DNA from: Eledone cirrhosa
Lineage: Eukaryota
Direction of reading: 5' to 3'
Assembly: GCA_964016885.1 (NCBI GenBank)
Contig: OZ024743.1
Coordinates: forward strand, 278,318,001 to 278,382,000
Length of the DNA: 64,000 bases
Shown: one piece after another, positions 1 to 11,835 of the stretch
How positions within the stretch are numbered: position 1 is the stretch's first letter
Layout of the letters: each line of letters starts with the position of its first letter
Translations under genes and position numbers: made by a program
The notes under the pieces: generated by a model
What the model was told of the DNA's origin: nothing
The model's database searches: none
Seen by the model: the letters and a program-made list of their open reading frames with translations, nothing else

Positions 1-423
1 TATTATCGTTTTTCTGGCCGTTAGAATAATATTCATTTCCTCACTAGTAAGATCCGTATAATTTATTGCGTATATCAGGGTCTTATTGAGTAGTAGCTAG
101 CTAGCTATGTCTATTTTTATTAATTTAGTGAACATTTCAATAACCTCGTTGGTTCCATTCCGTTGCCACTCATTTAAAAGAGCTGATAAAAGATCTAGCA
201 TAGCCCTGTCGGAACTGATTTGATCGCTAAAAGATAAACAAGTGTAATACTCCTTTTTTGGTCAAAACTCTCACATGCTTTTCCATATATAAATGGATCT
301 ATATATAGAGGGTGTGATCTCTGTACTTGTGTACTACAATTGCCTTACGTCTTTGAAATACGTATAACAAAATAAATAGTGATGTACAAATGAAACCGTC
401 TTTCTTGTTTATTATTGTATATA

Positions 424-460
<37 letters not shown>

Positions 461-463
<3 letters not shown>

Positions 464-815
464 GAGGTTATATTTAATTTGTTGGGATTCAACAAGCTTA
501 AAAAATGTTTATAACTGATATAAAGCACTCAACAGTTGGTGGAGTAAATATATAATATATTAATAAATGGTAACTATATCTATAAAACGATAATTATTTT
601 ATTTTATATATATTTCAAGGGCGACCAAGGTAAATTATGGTGCGCTTTCATCAGATAAAATACAGATTTGTTTTATGAAAAAATATTGACATACCCGGAA
701 AATCTGTATTTTATCTGATGAAAGCGCACCATAATTTACCTTGGTCGCCCTTGAAATATATATAATAAAATAATTATGGTTTTATAAATATAGTTTCCAT
801 TTATTAATATATTGT
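461..815 (-). mobile_element. Penelope-type end fragment (family A), inverted arms ~550-669 / ~700-815, unpaired tail 461-~550, flanked by (TA)n
   Basis: Arms are near-exact reverse complements; a hammerhead motif lies in each arm; TA arrays on both sides. Confidence 0.75.
707..772 (+). ncRNA. Type I minimal hammerhead ribozyme motif
   Basis: tattttat-CTGATGA-stem II-GAAA-tatata-TA-ataaaata; 8-bp stem I, palindromic stem III/loop. Confidence 0.75.
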
Positions 816-825
816 ATATATATAT

Positions 826-939
<114 letters not shown>

Positions 940-1115
940 GATGTAAATATGTGTTTCTTTCTCACATACTGTTAAGTTATTACTCTCTTCACTCATGTCC
1001 TCCCACCTATCTACTTTTTTATATATCTGACAGTCTATCTATTTATATTCTTATTTATCTATTTTGTCACTCGCTTCTCTCTCTGTATGTCTCTTTCTCC
1101 CTCCCCCCCTCTCTC

Positions 1116-1203
<88 letters not shown>

Positions 1204-2068
1204 TACACATATATACATATTTGTGTTTCTTGCGTATTTCTCTCTATTCTCATTTGTTTGTGTATTTGCTTGTCTCTAAAATCTCTGTTCTGTTTGCCAT
1301 CTTATTCATCAACCCACCACAGCCATCCACATATACACACGCACACCGGCACATAGACATACATACACATACATATGTGCTTATATGTGAACGTGCATGT
1401 TTAATGTAATTTTGATTCAATTATGAAATAGTATATGAAAATAGAGGCACCCGAACGAACAGCCTTCTGTTGGCGTTACTCTCTTTATTAGATTTACTAC
1501 TTTAACCGATGTTTAAGTAGTATTAGAAGGTTACTCCGACATTTCCTATTGCCAAATACGTAAAACAAACTTTTCCTCTCATAACCTCATAATTTATCCT
1601 TTTTATTCTTCACAATTCTTAATGCCAGAGAGTAATTGTTATTGACATTTCTCTATTACTAATGCGAATTAAAACAAATATGTATCGCTACTCAAATATG
1701 TAAATGCATCTGCTATATAATTAGCGTAATGCACAGGATCAAATATCGCACGATTAACATTAAATACATCGATAAAGTAATTTAAAGTCTGAAGCTTATT
1801 AAGCGCCATGTCATACAGAATCAATGAAATAATCTATGACGTAATTTCAAACAAATCAAACACAAATATATTCAATATGGCGATATTGATCTGAAGATGT
1901 TACTATTTAGTTCAAGACATTCTGATCAAGGAGACTGATGATGAAGATGTTGACCTCGTAACTCTACAATCATTTTTTAGTCGCAGTGTAATGAGTACTA
2001 CGTTATCCAATGAATCGGCTCCTTGTAAAAACGAAACTCGTAGGTCTGAATGTTTCATGAGCTAGAAT

Positions 2069-2155
2069 TATATTGGGCCGTCAAGTATGAAATGTGTAGG
2101 AATTTGTAGAAAGAAAACAAATTTCTACAAATTTCATACTTGACGACCCAATATA
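2069..2155. repeat. Imperfect ~39-bp inverted repeat (hairpin)
   Basis: tatattgggccgtcaagtatgaaat...atttcatacttgacgacccaatata. Confidence 0.8.
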
Positions 2156-2454
2156 TAGAATGTCAGAAACAGCAATTACGTTGCTTTATTTGTATGTTGA
2201 TTTGAAGGTGTTATTGTTTTATCATTCGTTAACCTGATTTTAAAAAAACATGATCAAAGTAACTCTATTTTTCTATCTATCTATCATTTTAAGGTAGATT
2301 GAAATGAACACAACACAAATACGTTCAGTATAGAGATATTAATATATACATACACACACACATACTTTTTTCATGTATATATATATATATATATACATGA
2401 AAAAAATATATGTGTGTGTGTATGTATGTATATATTAATAACTCTATACTGAAC

Positions 2455-2489
<35 letters not shown>

Positions 2490-2493
<4 letters not shown>

Positions 2494-2914
2494 AAAGAAT
2501 AGAGGTGTAACACACAAGTTATTATATATTGGTAAACGGAATAGTAAATGCTGACAAATTGTTCACAGTTGAAAAATGGTTTAATTAGGAATAAAAGAGT
2601 ATTAGTGATTGTATGGGTTAGTATTCAGTTGTGGTTTTAAGTTTTTAAGTTTTTACCGGTTGCGCATTTCTAAATGCTTTTCAAAATTAATTTTGAGATA
2701 GAGTGTCCGTGCTGTTTGCTCTGATCAGAGCAAACAGCACGGACAGTATCTCAAAATTATTTTTGAAAAGCATTTAGAAATGCGCAACCGGTAAAAACTT
2801 AAAAACTTAAAACCACAACTGAATACTAACCCATACAATCACTAATACTCTTTTATTCCTAATTAAACCATTTTTCAACTGTGAACAATTTGTCAGCATT
2901 TTCTATTCCGTTTA

Positions 2915-2922
<8 letters not shown>
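2490..2922 (-). mobile_element. Penelope-type fold-back palindrome (family B), ~200-bp arms centred at 2724/2725, tail 2490-2523
   Basis: Near-perfect palindrome with no loop (gctctga|tcagagc); TA flanks; related copy at 13757-13995. Confidence 0.8.
2760..2796 (+). ncRNA. Hammerhead-like motif, variant core UUGAAAA / GCAA
   Basis: ttt-TTGAAAA-gcattt ag aaatgc-GCAA-ccgg-TA-aaa; same variant in the 13.9 kb copy. Confidence 0.5.
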
Positions 2923-2969
<47 letters not shown>

Positions 2970-3011
2970 TCATCATCATCATCATCATTTTACGTCCGCT
3001 TTTCCCTGCTT

Positions 3012-3196
3012 GGAAGTGTGGTAAGTAACCAGGTGGACCATAACGCACCAAAGTACTCGATACTGGGTAGTAGCGTGGGTAATAGGAAAAGAGTCAGGAC
3101 CCCGACGACTGAGCTCCGGACGTTTCGACAGCTGAGTTCAGACCTAGCTGTCGAAACGGCCGGAGCTCAGCCGTCGGAGTCCTGACTCTTTTCCTA
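3012..3196 (-). mobile_element. Family C hairpin mini-element (diverged copy)
   Basis: Homologous to the 3' end of the 60117-62541 element; internal palindrome. Confidence 0.8.
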
Positions 3197-3210
3197 TATA
3201 TATATATAGT

Positions 3211-3250
3211 CTGAGCTGAAGATCCGCTATGGTGAAACAATTGTTCTCGG
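3211..3250 (+). ncRNA. Type I minimal hammerhead ribozyme motif in a ~72-bp cassette between TA arrays
   Basis: ctgag-CTGAAGA-tccgctatggt-GAAA-caattg-TT-ctcgg. Confidence 0.7.
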
Positions 3251-3277
3251 TATGGTGAACTAACTATTGTGTTACTA

Positions 3278-3376
<99 letters not shown>

Positions 3377-4171
3377 ATATATATTCACGAATACATTGAC
3401 CAACAGTTAAAACTATAAATATAATTTCTCAAAGAGTAAAAAACTATACATATATATATATGGATGTGAATCGAAATTGTAGCTGCCATATAGCAGGGAC
3501 GAATCGAGTTGCTATATATATATATATATATATATACAGTATTTACGTATCGAGAGAGAGAAAAAAAGGGGAGGATAGGTGATACATAGGAGCACCTTTG
3601 GCATTGCCAAGTAGCGTATGCGAAAGGTGCTCGATACTAGTGCCGGCAGTATTAAATATTCGAAGTGTTAATGTTTAGTGGGCTAGAGAGTTAGGAGAGC
3701 GTAAGCACGTGGGAAAGTAAGAAATCGGAGAATAGACCGTTAAAACATGTTTATTTAAAACACCACCTACGTACGTTTCGCCCAGTTGGGCTTCTCAAGG
3801 GCATAAATAATCATAAGTGTTCCTTATATTGCTCGGAAAGAGTTTTTGGGGTTAAATCTACGTCAAGGTTCATTGCTCACAAAAATAGCTTGTTTTGATT
3901 TTGCAGCAGGTCAAGGGAGGTAACTCTAGCCTGTGTTAGGGCAGTCTTTTCCGGACAATTTTTTTATCCGCTACGAGATGAGGTTACAGCCTTACCATTG
4001 TCGATACGCATGTAATCAACGCTTATTTTGAGAGGGTTTTTTTGCCGCATCTGTTTGTCTGAGTCGTTTGAGGCTGGGTCTGGTATGCAAGGATAGTTTC
4101 CTGGGTGTTATTTTGCAGCGCCTGCCCGCCGGGATGTTAAGACTTGTTGCAGGGAGATCCGGTGCACGGTT

Positions 4172-4765
4172 TCACTCCTCATCCTTAACCCATCTGAAAA
4201 AGGATATTTTTAAGCGATGTGTACAACTTATCGCTGTTTCAGCTCTGCTGTTGATGAGCTCGTGGGGTGCAGTTATGATGTGGTATAGCTCCATGAGGCA
4301 AAGATCGCATTTCCTCTTGAAGTTGTACGATGCAGCCCTGTCGACAATATCCCAGTGCGTGGAGAAGCTGATGTTTAAGTCCTTTAGTGATGTGATGTAG
4401 TCCGCGAGCGAAGTGGAGTGTCTTAGTTTTTTATTTGTGAAAGAGTGGAGATGTGTTCGAAACCTAAATTTGAACGAGCCGGAGGTAGCCCCTATATAAT
4501 TTTTAACGCTATTGTGGCTAGTTATAGTGCATCTATATATAACCCTATCAGTCAAGCAGTATCCTCTAAGGGGGAAGCGCTCTCTGTCGCGGCAGTTGCA
4601 ATTTCTGTCGCGGTTCCGTCTATTTCGCACGGTAAGGATATCATTGTTGCTGCCTACGTTGTTACCTACGCTCCCGCAGCTGTCGTTAGCACCATTACAA
4701 CCCACAACACGCGGGGTGGTGCGATTGTTATTCCGCACGTCATGTCCTGCATGTTCCCCAGTCAT
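4172..4765 (-). CDS. GIY-YIG endonuclease domain of a Penelope-like element (C-terminal fragment, RT missing)
   Basis: CNC..PL.G.C linker, VIY..YIG, RF..H, STSL, CDLCLME, INSRAE..SC.HR motifs. Confidence 0.88.
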   Translation of the reverse strand: MTGEHAGHDVRNNNRTTPRVVGCNGANDSCGSVGNNVGSNNDILTVRNRRNRDRNCNCRDRERFPLRGYCLTDRVIYRCTITSHNSVKNYIGATSGSFKFRFRTHLHSFTNKKLRHSTSLADYITSLKDLNISFSTHWDIVDRAASYNFKRKCDLCLMELYHIITAPHELINSRAETAISCTHRLKISFFRWVKDEE

Positions 4766-5352
4766 TTCGCGGTTATGCTGGTTGCGTCTGCGGATGCCGT
4801 TGCCAACACTATTGGATGCTGCCAGGGAGTTGTTAAGGCCGATATAGTTATTGTCAGGTGTAGGTGCGTCTGTGTCGAGGTGCTGTGTCTTGGTGATCTT
4901 ACTCTAGTAAGATCACCAAGACACTCCACTTCGCTCGCGGACTACATCACATCACTAAAGGACTTAAACATCAGCTTCTCCACGCACTGGGATATTGACG
5001 GCAGGACTGCACCGTACAACTTCAAGAGAAAATGCGATCTTTGCCTCATGGAGCTCTACCATAACTGCACCCCCACGAGCTCATCAACAGCAGAGCTGAA
5101 ACAGCGATAGGTTGTACACATCGCTTAAAAATATCCTTCTTCAGATGGGTTAAGGATGAGGAGTGAAACCGTGCACCGGATCTCCCTGCAACAAGTCTTA
5201 ACACCCCGGCGGGCAGGCGCTGCAAAATAACACCCAGGAAACTATCCTTGCATACCAGACCCAGCCTCAAACGACTCAGACAAACAGATGCGGCTGAAAA
5301 AACTTTCAAAAACTCTTTCCGAGCAATGTAAGGAACACTTTTGATTATGTAT

Positions 5353-5392
5353 GCCCTTGAGAAGCCCAACTGGGCGAAACGTACGTAGGTGC
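5353..5392 (+). ncRNA. Hammerhead motif with U3-A8 core (mirror copy 3764-3802, - strand)
   Basis: gccc-TTGAGAA-gccc aact gggc-GAAA-cgtacg-TA-ggtgc. Confidence 0.7.
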
Positions 5393-5440
5393 TGTTTTAA
5401 ATAAACATGTTTTAACGGACTATTCTCCGATTTCTTACTT

Positions 5441-5477
<37 letters not shown>

Positions 5478-5480
<3 letters not shown>

Positions 5481-5568
5481 ACGGCGGTGCGGTAAGAAAC
5501 CAGATGGACGAAAGCACACAAGAGTACTCAATACTTAGGGTAGTAGAGTGGGTCAAACATGTTCCCAT
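5478..5568 (-). mobile_element. Family C tail-only fragment
   Basis: ggtaagaaaccagatggac...gtactcaatacttagggtagtagagtggg between TA arrays. Confidence 0.7.
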
Positions 5569-5865
5569 ATATATATATATATATATACATATATATATAA
5601 TATACATTCACAAAATACCAGAGCTAAGATATTTAACCCCGTGTTTTTCAGAACAGCAACATATTTTTTAGCGAAACAAGAATTACCCGCCCATTTTGCC
5701 TGGATTTGGCTGACGAAATGAGAGAACCAGTACTACGGTACTAGTTCTCCAATATCTTCGGTCAAGCAGCAGTCTATCGAATACCAACAAATGTTTATAT
5801 AACTTTGACGGTGATGTATTGTTTTACAAGTTTTTGATATGAAAACGTGTGTTGAAACAGATATC

Positions 5866-6160
5866 GTTATAGTTGAGGAGGGTCATGTTATCCTAATATT
5901 GCCTAAAACACTCAGTGTTTGGTTTTGTTTGGTTTTCGCTTCAGTATATTTTCTATTTTTCATAAATAATTTAACTGGCCATCAATGTTTCTCATTGATT
6001 GACCAACAGTTAAAAAAATATATATAATTTCTCAAAGTTCTTTCGTCACATATATCTGTGATATCTTCAGTGATTATAGCTCTGTTTCCTCACGTTGTCT
6101 TTCTATAATATTTTGTTTCTGGCAATATTAGGACAACATGACACCCGCCCCCAATATAAC
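5866..6160. repeat. ~40-bp imperfect terminal inverted repeats, possible old MITE
   Basis: gttatagttgaggagggtcatgttatcctaatattgcc vs ggcaatattaggacaacatgacacccgcccccaatataac. Confidence 0.5.
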
Positions 6161-7002
6161 ATTATTTATCGAAATTTATTACACCCAAACAAAAGTGACT
6201 TCTGAGTTGGTCATCATAGCATACAGTTTAAGGTTCTACACTTTAAATGCACTACTTCGCGTCAAATACAGCACAATTTACTTAGACCACTAGGAAGTAA
6301 ATATAATTAAGAATGAATTAAAATGAATTCAGACCATACGTTTTCCAAAACCCCCGTTTTTATTTTAGAAAAAAAAAATTGTAGCTGTTTTGAATACGTT
6401 AAGCTTCTACTACCTAAAGGCAAATAAGTTAAATTTCTGAGCCTCTGTCTTTCATCTGCAAACTAAAACTAAACCTGAATTTTCCCAAAATCTCCCTATT
6501 TGCATCAAAGCACCTAAAACACGCCGTGTTAGAAATTTCTCTTTGTACCCCTGTCCTACACTGTGTTCTAAACGTTTATTCACTACTTTCTTTAGAAAAC
6601 ATTCATCCTGTTACTTATTCTACCATAGCGTATAACTTGGCTAGAAAACACGTTGTATCCTAAGGATATTGGAACACAGCTAGATGAAAAGGGCACCCAA
6701 TCCATACAAAAGTTAAAATTCTTAGTTGATAAAAGAAACAAAACAAACACAGGGATGCAGAAATACAAAGTCATATTACGTTCACGCTTGGAAGACATGG
6801 AGGAGAGTTTCAGATAAGGAGAGAAAAGTAAGTACATGAATGTAATGCGTGAAAGTTAGGAAAGGAAGTTAGGAAAAAGTGTTACGTAGAGATGAATAGG
6901 TTAGCGGGTGTGAGTGAGAGGCCCAGCATTTGAGGGTTGGCAACGAATGGAGGGTCCAGGTGTGTCATGGGTGTGGTTGTATATACATACATACATACAT
7001 AC

Positions 7003-7075
<73 letters not shown>

Positions 7076-7079
<4 letters not shown>

Positions 7080-8665
7080 AAGAGTGAAGAATAACATGGT
7101 CAACAGTACAAAAACGATTTTATTTACAGTATTAACAATTGTTTCATTGATTAGGGTGTCTAAAGATTGCTAATCACTCGAAGTTGTGTCACTCAAACTT
7201 AAATACATGTATGCTTAATCAAATCATCGGTATAACTGACAAAAATTTTACACGACGTTTGTAGGAGAATTCAAATAACAACATCAATAATAAAGAAAGA
7301 AAAAGAAAAAAGAAGAAAGAGAGAAAGAAAAATAAAAAGAAAAATAAGAAGAGAAGAAAAAAATAATAGTAAATAAGTTAGAATGAAGATGATAACAAAT
7401 AAGTACAAAAATATATGTGTAAAAAATGAACATAATATGATTGTTGAAAATAGTGGTGGCGGTAGCGGTGGTTAAAGTTATAGTGGTGTGTAAGTATAAG
7501 TTAGAATGAAGATGATAAAAAATAAGTAAGCAAATATATATGTGAAAAAAGGAACATAATATGATTGTTGAAAATAGTGGTGGTGGTGGTGGCAGTGGTT
7601 AAAGTTGTAGTGGTGTGTAAGTATAAAGATGTGATGAGGGTATAAATACTATTAATATGAAAATATTAAATATATACATATGTATTGGTTAAATCACAGA
7701 GGGTTATAGTAGGAAGAAAGAATATAATGCTAAATAATATATAAAAGATAAATTTATAAATTAGAAGTTAGGTGAGAGGTGAAGAGAACATGATAGGATA
7801 TAATGGAAGAGGTGAAATAGTTTTATGGATAGAGAGTGAAAGAAAGAAAGGTTAGGAGATAATGATGTTGATTTAGTGATTAGTTGGTCTATTGACAGTT
7901 AATGATAGTGGGTTATTATAATAGACTCTAAGTAGTTCAGCTTGAATTATGGGATTGGTGGATCGAATCATTTTGTTTTGAAATTTGCGAATTTAGTAGC
8001 TGCTTTGTGCCTACAGAAAATTGACCGTTCTATTTTGCTGTTAAGCAGCAATTTGTCATATTTTAAAATATGGAACAACTCCATATTGCAAAGTCCGCAG
8101 TGGGACATTCCATTTTCGTAGGCCTTTGCTCCCGATAATTTCGACCAGCTAATCCTGTATTATTGGTTTGTATCCTTAAGCTGCCAAATGTTATTGGCCA
8201 GCGTTGTTGTGTTCCCTAGTCTACGGTTCTCTATAGATTGTATGTAGACGTACCATCTTTTTTTGAAATCTCCAGCCGTAGAACGCATGTAGTGCCATGT
8301 TAAGTTGCCCGAATTTATAGTACGCAGGTACACTATATTTGATTCCAGGCATCTATTTTGCAGTGGGAACTTATCCGGTAAGTGGCAGTTACATTTGGAG
8401 GTCTTCCTGTGTGCAGGTTCTCCGTTGCGGTTTTGTATGTTGTTATGTATGGGCTGAAATTTGGGTTTGTTGATGTTTTGTTGTGATGCGTTCTGACGTG
8501 TGTGTGGTTGTGATGTTGTTACGCGTTTGTGTTTTGTATTTGGTGTTATTGTATTTGTTTGTAGGTTATTTTCATTAGAGATTCTTCTATAGTTAATTTT
8601 ATGTATGTGTGATTCTATGTTGGCTGCAGTAGAGTAAGACAGTTTGATAGTTTATCTTTTAAAGA
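7076..8665 (-). mobile_element. 5'-truncated Penelope-like element, decayed
   Basis: GIY-YIG remnant plus long 3' UTR with a ~122-bp tandem duplication (7373-7626); TA at both ends. Confidence 0.8.
7968..8650 (-). pseudogene. Penelope GIY-YIG endonuclease pseudogene
   Basis: Manual translation: IKLSYS...KCNCHLPDKFPLQNRC..NIVY..FKKRW..TTLA..IWQLK..*..CGLCNME..LLNSKIE..CRHK; in-frame stop. Confidence 0.82.
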
Positions 8666-10460
8666 TATATATATATATATAATTGTGTTGAAAGTGACTT
8701 TTACGTGGCTAATTTAAATTTTATTATTTAAGAAATCACCGGAGAGTCTCTTCAACTTCTTCTTAACCGAAACAAACATATCTGCTCTTATAAGAGTCAC
8801 CATTAAATAGAAAAATATAGTGTCTATTTTAGAAACATTGCTCCTCCTGGCTCGACTTGATTAATACTTACAATTTGTGTCTTTGCCCAAGTTATTTCCT
8901 TTCAAGTTGCTACAGTTCACTCAGTTATAAAGAATTAGCAGTGGCATTTCTTCCGGGTGAGACAGAATCTTGTACTCTCAGTTGTTTAACGCCCAATGGA
9001 ACCAGGTAATGTTTCGGTCTTCATTCAACCTGTGTAACCACGGAAACACTGACGTTTCATATTTCCCGCCAAACATCATAACTAATATAATATTGAAAGA
9101 AATTTGAACATTATCAATAGAAATATTCCCTCTTTTTACATGACTATCAACGTATTTTTGTTTATATTTATATAGCGTTTCAATCATGGTAGCATTCCAT
9201 CGTTTCCTTTTGATACTTGGATATCTGCTTTGAGATTTTGAATCCACTTTAATATTGTTTGAGAAACAGCTACCATTAGATTCCTTTGACCTCCTGCGTT
9301 TGAAAGTTTATTGAAGCAATCATAAATAGCCAACTGCTTCACTATTTCATCATTCTAATATTATTTTCTTAGTTAGAAACAAGTAGAAACAATTATTTTC
9401 TTAGTTAGAGAGCACCAGTACTTTTTACGTAAACAGGATATTGCTCCCTTATTTTACACAATACTATAAGATCTTAAACGAAAGCAATATTGCTATCATT
9501 GATATCAACAGATTCATAGACTGTATCTGACATCAAAACATTATAAAAGTAGTTGCTCCCCTATTGATTTAACATATATTACTTTGGGGATCAGATGCAT
9601 TCTATCAGCTCTGGTACTCTCAAAATTTCAGTTATTATTCCATACTCTTTCTTTCTGTTTCTTCAAACAACTAAGGCAACCAATGCAGACAACAACATCC
9701 CTCATTACTCAAGCTCCCACACACAAAATTCCATTACTCCGATTCCACGAAGAGAGACTGAATATAACCCTCTTTCAAGAACAGTATCCAAAATGTTTTG
9801 TCTTTATATGAACATATCCACAATCGCTACATGTATTGTGCTACACCCTCCCCATGTATTAATATCACAGGAATCATGCCATCAGCAATGTTAGAATTGC
9901 TATATTGCATAATTTCCCATAGCCAAACAGACATACGTTTCTCACAATCTTAAATATGTTTCATAAACTTCAACACTGCTCAGATGCTGAGCCTCTACAA
10001 AGATCATATAAAAATAAATTGAAGTAGTGCACCTATAACTGAAATGCAGTTGCTTTAATTGCTTCATACAGCCACGAAGTTTATCCAACTGAGTGGCAAA
10101 TATTTACTAAAAAACACACTACATATACTGCCTCCAGATGTGTTGTGTCATATATCTTCGGTTATTATTAATATAACGTTCCGTGTGCATCTGAATCTAC
10201 CATCTAACATAACCACTGAACTCAGACACAATTGCTATACACGTCTCAGTTCCATTTGAGATGCCTACCGTGTTTTCCGGCAGATGTTGCACATTTCGTC
10301 CAATTTTTGGAACCCTATTGGTCACCGATGCTATTTTTTCTCCTCCCTTTCCTCTCAGTTAATGACCTAGAGAATATAAGTTTGATCGAGCACACAGGTC
10401 TCAGGTAGATTAAAAAAGGTCATAAGTTTTCATTATATTACTAACAATTTGTGGGTGCTG

Positions 10461-10600
10461 GATTGGCAGAATCGTAAGATCACCGAACATTCCTGACTAA
10501 ATTAAATAACACACCAGTCAAGTACTGCCGTCGAATTAATCAACTTTCCTCTCCCTTACAAATTGTTGGCCTTGTGGGTGAATTAGAAGGCATTATCCTA
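10461..10600 (+). mobile_element. Degraded SINE (family S1)
   Basis: ttggcagaatcg head and ttggccttgtg 3' end match S1 copies. Confidence 0.5.
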
Positions 10601-10690
10601 TATTATTTTTCTGAATACGATTCTCACCAGGGCATTTGACATGTTCGATGTTATATGTGATTTCGTGTCCCCGCCCGTCTAAAACCTGTA

Positions 10691-10800
10691 AAGGCGCGTG
10701 GCTTAGTGACTAAAGTGTTCGACTCACGATCCTAAAGTCGTGAGCTTGATTCCTGGAGGCATGTTGTATACTTCAGAAAGACATTATATTTCATTCAGCT
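10691..10800 (+). mobile_element. tRNA-headed SINE (family S2), degraded
   Basis: aaggcgcgtggcttagtg...gattcctgg; similar to 22432-22550 and 25603-25817. Confidence 0.55.
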
Positions 10801-11101
10801 GAGAAAGCTAATAGTATATGATGTGATTGAAAGAGCAAGCTTGGGTACACACCGTGTCCCACTAAATTTCCCCGAAAACCATGTTACGGATATAAAGGTT
10901 TTGGGGATACTTAACCAACTGCATGGTAATTATACAAGCAGGATATTCCTCTGACCAGACAAGTGAAACATTCATCGTCGGAAGCGACGGACGCACAAGA
11001 GGCTTCCGCAGCTTTTATGAATCCGTGTTATTGTTTCTATCAACAAAGAGATCAACAGAGTGATAATAGATAGGTTTATTACTTCAATACTAACATACCG
11101 T

Positions 11102-11246
<145 letters not shown>

Positions 11247-11524
11247 AGCATCAGCAGCAGTAACAGCCGCAACAACAGCACGTATATTAAATTCTCAGTT
11301 ATTGCTTAATACAAATCTGAGTTATATTAAAGTCAATATAAGTGTGAACATGTTCTATATGGTTGGCATGAGGCTCTCAGTAAATCTAATATCACCGAAA
11401 ATATTTAATATCATTCGATTTGTTTTAGCTGCGTTATATATAGCTTGTAGATCTCAGTGCAGTTTGGTTACCATATCAGGTAGTATGATATATTAGTGCA
11501 ATGGAAAGAGACTGGAGTAACATA

Positions 11525-11835
11525 TTCCACTGGGGCGGAGAAAAGATACTGTGATTTCGTTAGTTAATCCGAGTACAATCCAATACAATTTTACGGTTTT
11601 AGCTCGACTTTCGAAAAAGAGCAGCTAAACATTTTTTCAAATTATACACGAGAAGGCAGGTTCACATTGCAAGTAATCTATCCCACAGGGGTGGAGAGAA
11701 GATATTGTAAATTAGTTACTTAACCAGTGTATAATCGAAACAACTTTACGATATTAGCTCGGTTTCCAAAATTAGTAGTTAACTTTCTTTCTAATTTCAT
11801 GCAGCTATCTTCAGAAAGGCGTGACACATTGTGTA
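11525..11835. repeat. Old tandem duplication, unit ~158 bp
   Basis: ccactggggcggagaaaagatactgt...ttagctcg repeated as ccacaggggtggagagaagatattgt...ttagctcg. Confidence 0.7.

Larger units (their letters stand above)
3537..5444 (-). mobile_element. 5'-truncated Penelope-like (Neptune-type) retroelement with inverted arm
   Basis: GIY-YIG ORF; arms ~3712-4424 and 4918-5444; unpaired tail 3537-3711; TA flanks; hammerhead motif in both arms. Confidence 0.9.

Noticed and set aside
1886-1930. ctgaaga with flanking ttgat/atcaa pairing
   Set aside because: No GAAA or stem III
4068-5369. Antisense and alternative-frame ORFs such as 4445-5110
   Set aside because: Shadows of the GIY-YIG frame and its inverted copy
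5709-5750. ctgacga followed by a hairpin
   Set aside because: No GAAA/NUH half
7130-7186. Hammerhead remnant in the second Penelope element; similar remnant at ~27310-27365
   Set aside because: Stem II and GAAA visible but the core is destroyed, so not called as features
8760-9300. Possible hAT/ZBED5-like transposase relic (KQKYVDS..KRG.ISIDN)
   Set aside because: Resemblance too weak without a profile search
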